A DNA stretch of 63,227 nt, counting the filler, from Octopus bimaculoides (lineage: Eukaryota): the NCBI RefSeq assembly GCF_001194135.2. It is 4 parts of 4 records of this genome, joined end to end, with 100 filler letters (N's around TTAATTAATTAA, not from the genome) between each part and the next. Parts side by side here need not be neighbours in the genome. Positions count along the whole stretch, not along the records: positions 16,215 to 47,645 come from NC_068985.1; positions 47,746 to 56,644 come from NC_068982.1; 2 more parts are not named here. The stretch is one strand, 5' to 3'. The notes under the pieces are model-generated. The model was given only the letters and a program-made list of their open reading frames with translations, ran no database searches and had not been told where the DNA came from. The position numbers and the translations under genes were made by a program. Below, in pieces: positions 36,820 to 48,897 of this stretch (position 1 is its first letter; each line of letters begins with the position of its first letter).

Positions 36820-39800
36820 GTAATGAATATCCATCGTTTGAATATTTTCAGGTTTTGTTTTTTCTCTCAACACGTATACTTATATTTATATTTTATATGT
36901 TTAGACGATGGGGCTTATTTGTTTATTTGCATTGTTATCACCATATCTGCTCACCCGGATTCCTCTTATAATGAAACTTTATCTAGCGTATGTACTCCTC
37001 GGTAACGATTTCGGCATGTAAGTTCAAATGTTACATATTTTGAACACCTCCGGATCTCATCTTTTCAATTTCTCCCTGTATCTCTCTTTCTCTCTCACTA
37101 TCTCTATCTCTTTGTATATAGGAATATATAATGAATATATGTGTGAATGTGTGCGTGTATTCATTATGATAACACGAGATATAGGAATAAGTACAATGCA
37201 GAAATGTAGAAAGGTTAGTATCATAGTACAATTTGTTTTTGAAACTAACGAAGTCGAAAACGCTGAGGCTGAAATTGACGGCAGTGACGGATTCGGCGTC
37301 AGCGTTGGTGCCACCGAGGACGACATTTACCGATGGTGTTGATGGAGCTAGTAATGAGGAGAAACGCATTAATGTAGTGTTTGCATTAGCAGTTTAAATA
37401 TGTTTATCACATTACGTTGCAGGATGATAATATAACACAAGATTTAGATGATAATATCGATGTTTGTGAATATTGATGGTGTGTATGTGAAGGCAGCGCA
37501 AATAAAACTAGTGATGTTGATAATGATGACGTCAAAATTAACCGTTTGTGAAAAATCAAATGTATTGAACCGCATATTTATGCTTCACTTGTGACATTTT
37601 AGGCCAGCAAAAAGTAATATATGTGTAATATATTTTTCTTGTTATTTTATTCTTTCTTTCTTTCTTTCTTTTTTTATATTGTTTTAGCTGGCTACGAAAG
37701 AGGAAATATTTAATCTTAGCACTCTACCTGTCAAAAGGACTACTAAAAATTGTCTCTTTTTACTCTATAATTCATCAATGCTTCTTTGGCAATTTTAAGT
37801 TGTCATTCTTTTCAGCGAATGTATTTCAACTTTAATAAAATTCATTATCGTTCTCTTCAATATAAACTATTTTTTCTCCTTCCTCACTTCTTTCTCTTCA
37901 ATTTTTTTATTGCTTTATTTTTCTTCTGCTTGACCAGGACGTCTATTTACAGAAAATAACAGAATTGCAATAACTGTCAATTCGAGACTCAGTACTTCTA
38001 AATCATTAGCTATTTCATTTGCCATTGCAGTGAATAAACGAAACAACTAGGCAATTTGTATTGATTAAGGGCCAAAAGTTATTGGTCAAGTACTTGGAAT
38101 TTATGTATTTCGAATAACCAAACTTTTCGTTCTATCACACAATCTTTGCTGCTAATTTCCTATGAATATCCATATCATATTCATTGGAGTAAATGTGACT
38201 TAATGTGGAGAACGAGGTTTATACAAATAGTTATCAACATTTTATGGTTAAACTAAAACATTTGACCCGAGCCAGAAAACAAAAAATATATATATTGTAA
38301 TAGGTGTAAATCTATTTGCTCTAAACGAATATGAAAAAAATTGTGCGCTCGCGAATGGAGGATGGGGCAGAGTACTCGGAAAATTCACATCGTGAATGTT
38401 CCGAGTCGCCTCACCAGAGTCAAGAAACAAAAGAAAAAGTGTGTAATAAGTGTAAAACTACTTGCACTAAAGGAATATGAAAAAAAAAAAAAATGCGCGC
38501 TCCAATTTTACAGGATCTAATTTTTACAGTTTTATGTAAAAGCAAATTTCCTTGAACACATTTCATTAATAAATCAGTTTTAACAAATATATTGTTGCAC
38601 GCTTCAAGCCTTTTAACAATGTTGCATAGAAAAATAACTGTCTGAATTGTACCTACTTGTAGTAAGTGATGATTATAAAAATTTCATTTGATATAGATGC
38701 TTAAATATCTGGCACATTATAAGGTTTATTTCACATTAGCGTATNNNNNNNNNNATATATATATATATATATATATATACATACATACATAAATACATAC
38801 ATACAGTGTATAATTAGCAACCCTTAACTTCTATAGAGATTTACTAAATTGCATTGTGTTTGTGTTTCTTATAATTTCATCATTTATATTCCTCGTTGAA
38901 ACGAAAGTGAAGAGTCGATGCTTGATCTAGTCAAAGTGGAAGCGAGGTAAAAGACGTTAAGTTAAATATTTCTCTGGATCTCAGTGGCAAAAATGGAAAA
39001 TGCATGAATATATTAACAACAAACAAAAAAGCATGAAAGAAATTTCGAAAAATCTGAAAAGCAGAAGCTATACTTTAATTTTGTGATATAAACATGGATG
39101 TAATGTATAACTAGATACAGAAAATATATATCTATTTTAAATACGCAATCTCTAAGGAAAATTTCCTAAAACAATATAAATAAAATAGATTATGTTGCAG
39201 AGAAATGGTATGTAGGCGAAAAGTGTAGCTCTGTTAGAGAGATAAGTTAATGAATAAATAATAAATACATCAGAATCAAGTGAAAAATGTAATACGGGTC
39301 TGAAATATATACAGAAATACGAACAAATTCTAAAGCATGTAATATGCAACAAGAAAGAAAAATATAGAACTAACGATGAGTAGCTTTCTTTCCCTTCAAG
39401 TTCTTTGCATATCTCTATCAAATTACCATTCCGAAAAGATTCATAAATTTATTTGAAATACCATTTCATTTTTTTTATTATTTTAATTTAAATTTAAATC
39501 ATTTCATATCCCTTCAAGGTACAATAACCTTTCGCCATGTTTCTCTTTTTGAATTTATTTCTTTTACTATATTTCTTAACCTCTCAAGAAAAATTAGCAT
39601 TTTTTTTTTTATCAATGCAATTTTGAAATGAATTAATGTAAGCACCGTATTTTTAGACGATTACATTTTAACATTTGAATCTTTTATTTTATTTTTAAAC
39701 ATCTCATCATCAAGAATTCATTTAAAAATAGTTCTCAAGTTATTTACATTCACACACGGGAATTTTCCTGATTGTAAACATTTCAACATTACATTGGAGA

Positions 39801-40863
39801 ACCAAAACAACTTCAAACATAAAGAAGAGGCAAAAACTAGTTGAAGAGCTCACTTTTATATGCTTCTTTAATTTTACGTTTTCATATGTTCATAATCTTT
39901 TGTTGGCCAATCAGTTTGAAAAGATACCTTCTAAGATTCTCTTTGTTAGTTGAAGGTATTTCACTTGATGGATATTACTCAATATGTGTATACGAAGTAA
40001 ATATATATGTGAAATGATATGAAGGGAAATATAATTAACACCTCAGCAGTAATATTGACTCCATAAAATCAACAACATTGATAACGCTAATACCATTCTT
40101 CCTCGGTCTATAACAGACATCATGGTTCTGGTTAACATACTTTTAATCGTGATTTTTCATCAAATTATTTAGTGCGCCACCAATGATCACTCATTAAATG
40201 TATAATCTTTTCCTTCAAACTGCAGAAAAATGCCAACTATATTTGTTCTGCCTGTTGTTGTTCTACACTACGTTGTTTTCATCGAAGGATAACTTCAGTA
40301 TTTTACGACGAAGATTTGATTTTGAAATCTAATTCATATTTTCTATATTTCTGCAGAAAGAAGTAAGGATTAGTTAATCTGGGGAGTACATTTACGCAAT
40401 TCTTCTAAACTGATAGCGAAGTCGATAGCAAGAAAGGACAAGAACTGCTCGAGTAAATAAGAAACACATCTAGGCATGAGCTGAACGTAGTCTACACAGA
40501 TATTGAACTTGCCTTTTCTACCGATGACCTGAATTGAAAACGCAAGTAAATGTAATACTCTTACTTTGAATGGCAGGATTTGTCTACGATTTTAGGGTTT
40601 CAGATTCCATTACATATCTATCCTCCTATTTGTAGTTTTACACACTTGATCCACCGTTTCTCTAAGCGTATTTGCTACGTGCTCCGCACATGTTTACACA
40701 TGCTGAGAGATACGTGCTTTTGGAGAGATTTTGTCTTCTTGCAAGAAAACAGATACATATTATACACCGACTTTTAATATATTTTTTGCATAATTGGATT
40801 ATGATTGCTGGCCAATATACCATTATTTGTTTTAGAAGATAATGATAACTAACTGAATTTTGA

Positions 40864-40904
<41 letters not shown>

Positions 40905-41272
40905 NNNNNNNNNNNNNNNNNNNNNNNNNNNNNNNNNNNNNNNNNNNNNNNNNNNNNNNNNAATATATTATTTTGTTTAAAAGAGCTCCAACACTGTCTG
41001 TTTTTTATGTTTTATTTATATTCCCGCAGAACCAATGAGGGGTATAGAATATGGAATATACAATATATAATATAATATACAATATATAATATAAAATAAA
41101 ATAAAATAAAAATGGATGGCACCATGAAATAAAGTATTGAATGTAGAAGAAATATTGAGCGTTCAATATAAAGGATCAAATATATAAATATAAATATAAA
41201 TATATAAAGGCGACTCGAGTTTCAGGGCTATTTCCCTTCATCATGGCCGGTATGACATATATAGATATATAT

Positions 41273-41320
<48 letters not shown>

Positions 41321-41737
41321 GGGGAGAGAGAGAAAGAGATAGATTAAAGATAAACAAGGATGAAAATGCTACTTTCTTAGAAATGGGTGTGTTTAAATTA
41401 CATGTTTCGTTTTTTTTTGAAAAAAACCTTATCAAAAATAAGTATGAAATATGTGTAAAGAGAAGAGCTATTAATAAAATTAAGAATAACATTCATAGTT
41501 TACTGTCCTTTCTTCTTGCATGAGAACGTGGTCCTTTTGTTCAACTGACTGCGAGAGGAAATTACTACTACTTTTTTTGTAAATTAAATTGTGTGGTGAA
41601 GACTTGTTTTCTAGGAGTGGCTGTAGCCGTCGAATAATTAGCAGCAGTAATAATAAAAGTAGTAGCTGTAGTCGCCGTGGTGAAGTTGTACTCCCTGGGG
41701 TTTTAATGGAAATAGGGTTCTTCGACACTTCGACACG

Positions 41738-42065
41738 AAAATCAAATAGCATGTACTGTTTCGAGTCAGTGAGTTTATAATAAATATCTGTCTCTATTTT
41801 GTTCCCCACTTTCTTTATAACAGTACCTGCCATTTGACTTTTACCACCCATGACACACCAGGATTAATATCCCATTTTGTTTAGCCACAAGAATATGCAC
41901 TATGGTATCAGACACAAACACCTGTTACACAGGACTCCAGGAATTGAAAACCACACTCATAAATACGAATTATCCACAACCTTTAATCGAGAATACGATC
42001 CAACGAGTACTTAAATTAAATACACAAGAACTTAGACAATCAAAACCAAAGAAGGAAGAAAAATG
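41738..42065 (+). mobile_element. PLE RT fragment with an inverted 5' segment
   Basis: Minus 41738-41815 reads IKKVGNKIETDIYYKLTDSKQYMLFDF. Plus 41839-42065 reads YHP*HTRINIPFCLATRICTMVSD..LQELKTTLINTNYPQPLIENTIQRVLKLNTQELRQ. These segments are consecutive in intact PLE RTs. Confidence 0.82.
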
Positions 42066-43244
42066 AAAATTTACTAAAGAGAGAGTAATATTTATGTTGA
42101 GAAAGGAAGTTGGAGTCCAGTATGTCAAAAGAGAACTTAGCTAAGTACCTAAAAGTGCGAATGGGGTGTATACCATAAAATAGAGCGTCCACCGCTTTTT
42201 TGGTTGTTTAGAGATAGTTCACCGCTTTTGGTTGTTTAGAGATAGTGTAATCTGTATGTTTATGCTGACCCTTTCCGTGTAATAATGAATTGCTTATATT
42301 TATGGATTACATACCAAAGAGAATAGAATTTATGGGAGATTTATCTACACACAACCATTGTGGAAGACTACAAAGACTTTAACCAAGGATTTATATTATA
42401 TTTTCAAACTTTTTAGCCCAAGTTTGTACCAGTACATATCTAGAGCAGTAACATTTTAAACAACATCTTTATCATTCTATTTTAAATAGCATCTCTCTAA
42501 TTCGATTGACCACACGGAAATTCATCCGAGTGACTGTATTACCTAATAATGATTATCAATTTTAGATTTAATTTCGAAGGGTAATACATTCATGAAACGA
42601 TAGTAAGATATCTCAAACCATTTTAAATGATCATACTTTATATATTTATTTATTAATACAGTACTATTTATATTATGGACGTATATCTTTGACTTTTTGA
42701 TGTAATATTTCCTGCTTTTAATTTCTAGTATTGGATCGCTCTAATTGAATCTCTCAATACCTTTAAGGTTTAGACATTTCTTATGCCAAGAGCACTTACC
42801 TGAAATCCGGTATACTTCATTCTAATTGTATATATTTCATTAACTATATATATGTGTGTGTGTGTGTGTATATATATAAATGTATATCAGTTATATATAT
42901 ATGTATANNNNNNNNNNNNNNNNNNNNNNNNNNNNNNNNNNNNNNNNNNNNNNNNNNNNNNNNNNNNNNNNNNNNNNNNNNNNNNNNNNNNNNNNNNNNN
43001 NNNNNNNNNNNNNNNNNNNNNNNNNNNNNNNNNNNNNNNNNNNNNATATACATATACATATATATACACACACACAACCGCACACATATTTATATGTGTG
43101 TATGTATACAAAAATTTTATAATTATGAGCATAATCATAATTAGAGTTCAGCAAATTACTTCACCACATACCGAAATTTAGAAATAGCAGTTAAATACTA
43201 TTCCTCTAACATAATCTATCTCGCAGACAGCTGTGGCTCGGGAG

Positions 43245-44830
43245 TCAATACATACAGAAGGAAGAGAGAGGGCACTCTTGAGCGACCGAGTGCAAATTGC
43301 TGTATGGTTGACCATTCACTCGAACAACCGACCAGATGCCATCGCTGTAGAAAGCAGCGATCCAACCACTGGAGGCCGGACCTGAAAAAGTTGCCTTGAG
43401 AACAACTGCTAAGTAACGATGGTCGTACCTATCGATGGCTTTAGATTGATATAAATTGATCAAAGCACCACTCATGCTAGCATTGTTATCTCGCTCTCTA
43501 CGAAGTAGAGGTTGTCGTGAAAAGTCCTGTTTGGGATGGCGCAGTTTTGCCAATCAACTTCTCCACAACAAACACCTACATCTTGACTAACACATTGGCC
43601 AAAATCTTCAACTCTGCATTGGGCAGGCTGTTGGGCCGAAACTTTTCTATTACATACCCCTTGTTTGTGTCCTTTCTCGGCAATGACACCACCCATCGAC
43701 AAAAAATATGGGAATTCTCCCATTTTGTTGCCAGTTGCAGTAGACATATGCAAAGTGGCCAGAAAAGAAGTCTAGCATTGGACTATAAAGCTCGTAGTGC
43801 AGACCATCCAGACCCGGTGATCTGCCTCTTGTGCAGCTTTTCTTCGTCGCTTCCTGTAATTTCCAGGTTGTTATCGGTCTTTCGCAGCACTCCGCCTCGC
43901 TGGCCCAGAGTTGTCGAAGAGCATGTAGGTACAAACCGAAATCTCTCCAGTTACCCGTCCTACCACTGGTCCCTAACAATCGAGCAAAGTGCTGCTGAAA
44001 GACCGCACACATCTGCTTCGGTTCAAATATCTCATGCACGTTTTGGTTCACCAAAGACCGAATGGTGGCTTTATTGCCACGCTTCACGTCAACAAAGTGA
44101 GCCCATCGAGTGGCCTTAGTCCTCTCCCCGTTTAGTGAAAGTGCATTAGCTCTGACAACGCAGCCTTTGTGTTTGGCGTCCAAAAATTTGTCGAGAGCCA
44201 ACTTCGTCGCGAACACGTTGTTTGCGATGCCTGTCCTAAGCGCCTCATCTAACTTTCTAACTCAATGTCTCTCTATTCTATTTCTCTCTACCGCTAGTTC
44301 CTTAGTAAACCTAATCGATTCTACTCTAATTTCCCTTTTAAAAGCAAACCACATTTGTTGCTGACAATTGTCCCTGTCAACGCCCGCTTAGCTAATTCAC
44401 TAATCCGGTCTCTCTAAGCTTGGCACGCCAGTAACGACGTGTTCAGCTTTCAGTAATCGGGACTCTGTCTATGGAGCCTATTTACGTCGACTGTACAGAT
44501 GAAGAATTTGTGGTCTGTATAGCCGACTATGTGAAATTGCGGACTATCTGTACTATCCTTATTCGCTGGCCTCCAAAACAATATCTAAATACAATCTACC
44601 TGACCCGATGAGATTTGTCCAAGACCACATTCCGGCTATCTAGTCGGTAGCTGTCCGACAACTGGAAACGTCTGAGCAAGTTTGTAAGGATTTTTGCACC
44701 CACCTCTCCTATCGGATACTTCCACGAGATCGAAACGTTCATCTAAGACAGTGTTCCAAAACCGTACTACTACTAAAGTACGAGACGCGAGAAAAAACTC
44801 CAGACGTTTCAAGTAATCCGGCCGCCCTGA
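43245..44830 (-). mobile_element. Tx1/L1-clade LINE remnant (EN C-terminus to RT domain 4)
   Basis: Motifs include VGYTDHKF, PDY*KLNTSL, RSPGLDGLHYELY, ALINLYQSKAIDRYDHRYL and SVVRVNG..SVAQECPLS (QGCPLS-like). Confidence 0.85.
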
Positions 44831-44844
44831 CCCTGTCTATATAA

Positions 44845-45027
<183 letters not shown>

Positions 45028-45750
45028 TAAAAGAGGAGATTCTCAAAGACAAAATACAACTTCACAAAACGTGACGGACATGTTTCGTCAAATAATGTAA
45101 AAATTATTGATTATCTTATTGCACTGTTGTATGATGGGTAATTTGTTTAACATAACATAAATGAAAATTTCGACAGGTTCAGTTAACTTTGTGAAAGTTC
45201 TGTCTCAAAGATGATTATCTCGATGCATTTGATTGGTTTATGTATATAATCCGAAAATAATTTACATAATTTATGATAAATATTATAGAATGTTCTCTTT
45301 TACAGATGTACATAACAATATGAGTGTGGCTATGTGAGTGTGCGTGTGTGCCTGTGTGTGTGAATCAGGGAGGTGGGGACATATGTGGTGGTGTGTTGAC
45401 ATCAAGAATATTACTAAAATAGCTGTTTATCTTGAGAAAATTCTTTGGGCGACTTATTTAGAAAAAGCGAAACGAATCATGACAATGGTAAGAAAAAAAA
45501 ACGACAAAGACTCTTCTGAAGAACAATGAACTGTTTATCTGGATATCACGAGCTACACATGAGCTTTGAATTAAAATGTTATCTATTCATTGGAATATTG
45601 TATAGAGTATTATTTATATTTCATTGGTTTGGTTTTAGATCAGAACATAGATTTCATTTACAGAACAGAACGAATCACTCACTGCTAAATTTAATATAGA
45701 ATTATTTGTCATTTAATTAGGTTTTTAAATAAGATATGTATTATATATTT

Positions 45751-45797
<47 letters not shown>

Positions 45798-46319
45798 CAT
45801 ACATACATACATACATACATACATACATACATTCATGCATATACACACACACATATATATATGATATAAATTTATATCTCGCCTTTTTTAGGTAGACCAA
45901 TATTTAGGTGACGAAATGTGTAATATGAAACGGTTTAATATGTATTACAATCGTTACAGTTAGAGTCGAAATAATACCTTTTTGGAAAGGTATGAAGTTA
46001 ATTCTTAATGATCATTTGATAACAAGACCAAATTCTTGGCCCTGCGCCTGAAATCTCTTTGACGCGTAATGGAATTGATCTTCATATGTCTCTCTCAATC
46101 TGAGTCTGTCACTCTATCTTTATCTCCCTTTTCTTTCTTTCTTTTGTTTTCTCTCTCTTACCCATCTACACCCCTCTCTCTCCCTCTGCTTTTGTTCTAG
46201 CTATGCGGGAGATGAATTCTTATCCAGTCACACATCAAATGTTATGATTCATCTCTCAATAAAAAACGTAACAGCTAATAGCTGCTTGATTTTTCATTTT
46301 GTATACTTTCAAATGACCA

Positions 46320-46485
46320 TAGGTGCAGATGTGGCGAGGACATGGAGAGGTTACTCGTAAGCCACGTTGTTCTAGTTTCAGTCCCACTACATGGAATCTA
46401 CGGCAAGTGTCCCTCACTATTGCCTCGGGCCGACGAAGGTCTTGTGAGCGGCTTTCTTAGAGGGAAATGGAAAGACGTCTCTCGT
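46320..46485 (+). mobile_element. SINE family 1, decayed 5' half
   Basis: TTCAGTCCCACT.CATGG....GGCAAGTGTC...ACTAT.GCCTCGGGCCGAC.AAG..TTGTGAG. Confidence 0.75.
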
Positions 46486-46559
46486 GCTAACACATACATC
46501 ATACATACATACGTATATATATATATATATATAATACAAATAATGTGTGAGTATATGCA

Positions 46560-46970
46560 TATATACGTACATCTACAGGTATATATAGATGAATATCTGG
46601 GTACAGGACGTCACAAAAAAACGTGGACAAAATGAAAAACAAGAATATAAACAAAGCACGGAAAACAAACTTTTTTTCGTACAACGGCAAGAACACACAG
46701 GAAAACAGACAGGCCACATAGAAAACATTTCCTTCATCAGCTGCCCCTATTCTAAACGAAGCGTTTCGAAGAGTTAGGACAGGACGCATTGTTAGAATAG
46801 AACTTCCCGCAAAGCAAATTAACTAAAATTTGTGATGCGGAGGAATTAAGTTGCAAACAGAAAACAGGACAGGGAAAACGAAGCAGTGAGAACAAGCATG
46901 GAGGTCTGTTAGGCCAGACGAGAAAAAAATACATATACTGAACGCTGTGATTTGACGAACTTGAGGGGAC
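46560..46970 (-). repeat. PLE terminal-repeat-like dispersed repeat
   Basis: The minus strand contains CGAAACGC and CTGATGAAGG and ends in a T-rich tail. It is related to 14690-14850. No complete hammerhead fold was found. Confidence 0.45.
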
Positions 46971-47744
46971 NNNNNNNNNNNNNNNNNNNNNNNNNNNNNN
47001 NNNNNNNNNNNNNNNNNNNNNNNNNNNNNNNNNNNNNNNNNNNNNNNNNNNNNNNNNNNNNNNNNNNNNNNNNNNNNNNNNNNNNNNNNNNNNNNNNNNN
47101 NNNNNNNNNNNNNNNNNNNNNNNNNNNNNNNNNNNNNGATTTAAGGGAGATTTGGCTGTTTTTTCTAGCAACTTTTATATTTCATCCCTTCTACCTGGAA
47201 CACCATTCTTACACATGCACTCAACATAAAAATATAGAGAGTAAGAGTAAAAGAGGGAGAGGGAGAGAGAGACAAAGTGATAATACAACGTCATAGATTA
47301 AACTTTCATCTCAGTATTCTTTACCTATTTTTCATAACATAGATACGTAAAAACACACACAACCACACATACATGACCTGTGACAACAACATACACATTG
47401 CTCTCAATCTCTATTCATTTCTCCCCCTCTTCCTCTCTCGCTCTCTCAAACGTATACACGTGCAAGTAAACACAATAATTCACATCGTGGTATATTTACA
47501 AAACATTGATGACATAACTACAGGGTTGTATCCCCCAAATTTGGAAGGTCATAACTTTCATAAAAATGAATATTTTTTTAATGAAATTCTCTATGCATAT
47601 ATTATTTATTATGTAGATTCCACATATACAAACATTTTCGGTGAANNNNNNNNNNNNNNNNNNNNNNNNNNNNNNNNNNNNNNNNNNNNTTAATTAATTA
47701 ANNNNNNNNNNNNNNNNNNNNNNNNNNNNNNNNNNNNNNNNNNN

Positions 47745-47811
47745 NAGATGTCACGGAGTGCGACTGATTCCGGAACCGTGTGTTTGGGAAGCAAGCTTCT
47801 TACCTGCATAT

Positions 47812-47812
<1 letters not shown>
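47745..47812 (-). mobile_element. SINE family 1, 5' fragment
   Basis: GACTGA.TCCGGAACC.TGTG.TTGGGAAGCAAGCTTCTTACC is the reverse complement of the SINE head. Confidence 0.75.
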
Positions 47813-47871
<59 letters not shown>

Positions 47872-47872
<1 letters not shown>

Positions 47873-48640
47873 GGAGAATTCACAAACGAAAACAAAAGAC
47901 GAAGACAGGTGGTGTAGACAAAAAACAGATGTATTAGTTTAATGCTCGGGAAGTGAAAAAGTCTTTAACGTTTCGAGCTTATGCTCTTCCACAGAAAGGA
48001 ACACAGAAATAAACAAGGAGAGAAAATAAAGAATGTGTAGTGGCTAGCGATCTATCATGGTTAATGCCGGACAGAGGGGTGACACAGGAGAGCTAGGAAG
48101 AAGGGGAGATAAAGTAGTAGTGATACCAAAACGAAGGTGTGCGTGCGTATGTATAAGGAGCATGTATGTCCGTGTGAAAAAGGGCTGGTGACCTTGATGT
48201 GTGCGTGTGTGCATGTGTCGGTGTGTGGATGACGGTGTGGGTGCTGGGAAGTGGTCAGTGCTAGCGTGTGCATGGTAGCGTGATGTGATGTGATGTGGTA
48301 TGGTATGGTGGTGTGTGGTGTGGTGTGGTGTTGTTGGGATGTGGGGGAGGCGACAGTGGGGAAAGCGAGTGTCAGGTGTGGGCTAGGCTGAGAAGGAATC
48401 GGAGCAAGAGAGGAGAGGTGGATAGGAGGAAGTAGGTGTGAAAGGAAGAGAGGAGAGGGTAGGATAGGAGGGTTGAGCCCTCGTAGAGCAAAGAAGTGAA
48501 GAGAGAAAAATAATCCCTGTTCACGCCGAAGACGGGGGTCCGGATGGCCCCTGTGCAAGGAGAATCCGAACACAGACAGGCGTTGCAAAAGGTGACCGGT
48601 AGAGCGGAATTGGCGCGAGACTGGGGTGTCTTTGCCGAGT
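47872..48640 (-). mobile_element. PLE 3' end: GIY-YIG C-terminus, 3' UTR and terminal repeat, inside a (GATA)n array
   Basis: Minus frame reads GKDTPVSRQFRSTGHLLQRLSVFGFSLHRGHPDPRLRREQGLFFSLHFFALRGLN. (GATA)n lies at 47812-47871 and 48641-48663. Confidence 0.82.
47963..47998 (-). ncRNA. Minimal 36-nt hammerhead-like motif with variant core CUGUGGAA
   Basis: CUUU CUGUGGAA GAGC AUAA GCUC GAA ACGU U AAAG. Stems I and II pair perfectly and stem III is the palindrome ACGU. Confidence 0.55.
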
Positions 48641-48831
48641 AGATAGATAGACAGATAGATAGATATTTTTATATTTTCGATACTTTCTATATGTAAAACT
48701 TTAGTTAGGCTAGTAAATAAACTATAGTTATTTACGTTGCAAAGTGACGGTAATTATGATAAAATCTATAAAAGTAAAATTAGCCTTCTGATGTATAGAA
48801 TAATAGTCGACATAAGTATTTCAATGATAAC

Positions 48832-48897
<66 letters not shown>

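Noticed and set aside
42190-42246. ~29-bp tandem duplication (similar small ones at 52030-52075 and 62985-63048)
   Set aside because: These are ordinary slippage duplications with too few, spacerless units. They are not CRISPR-like.
46730-46775. Minus-strand CGAAACG...CTGATGA (type II order)
   Set aside because: Stem I does not pair and there is no GAAA after the putative stem II.
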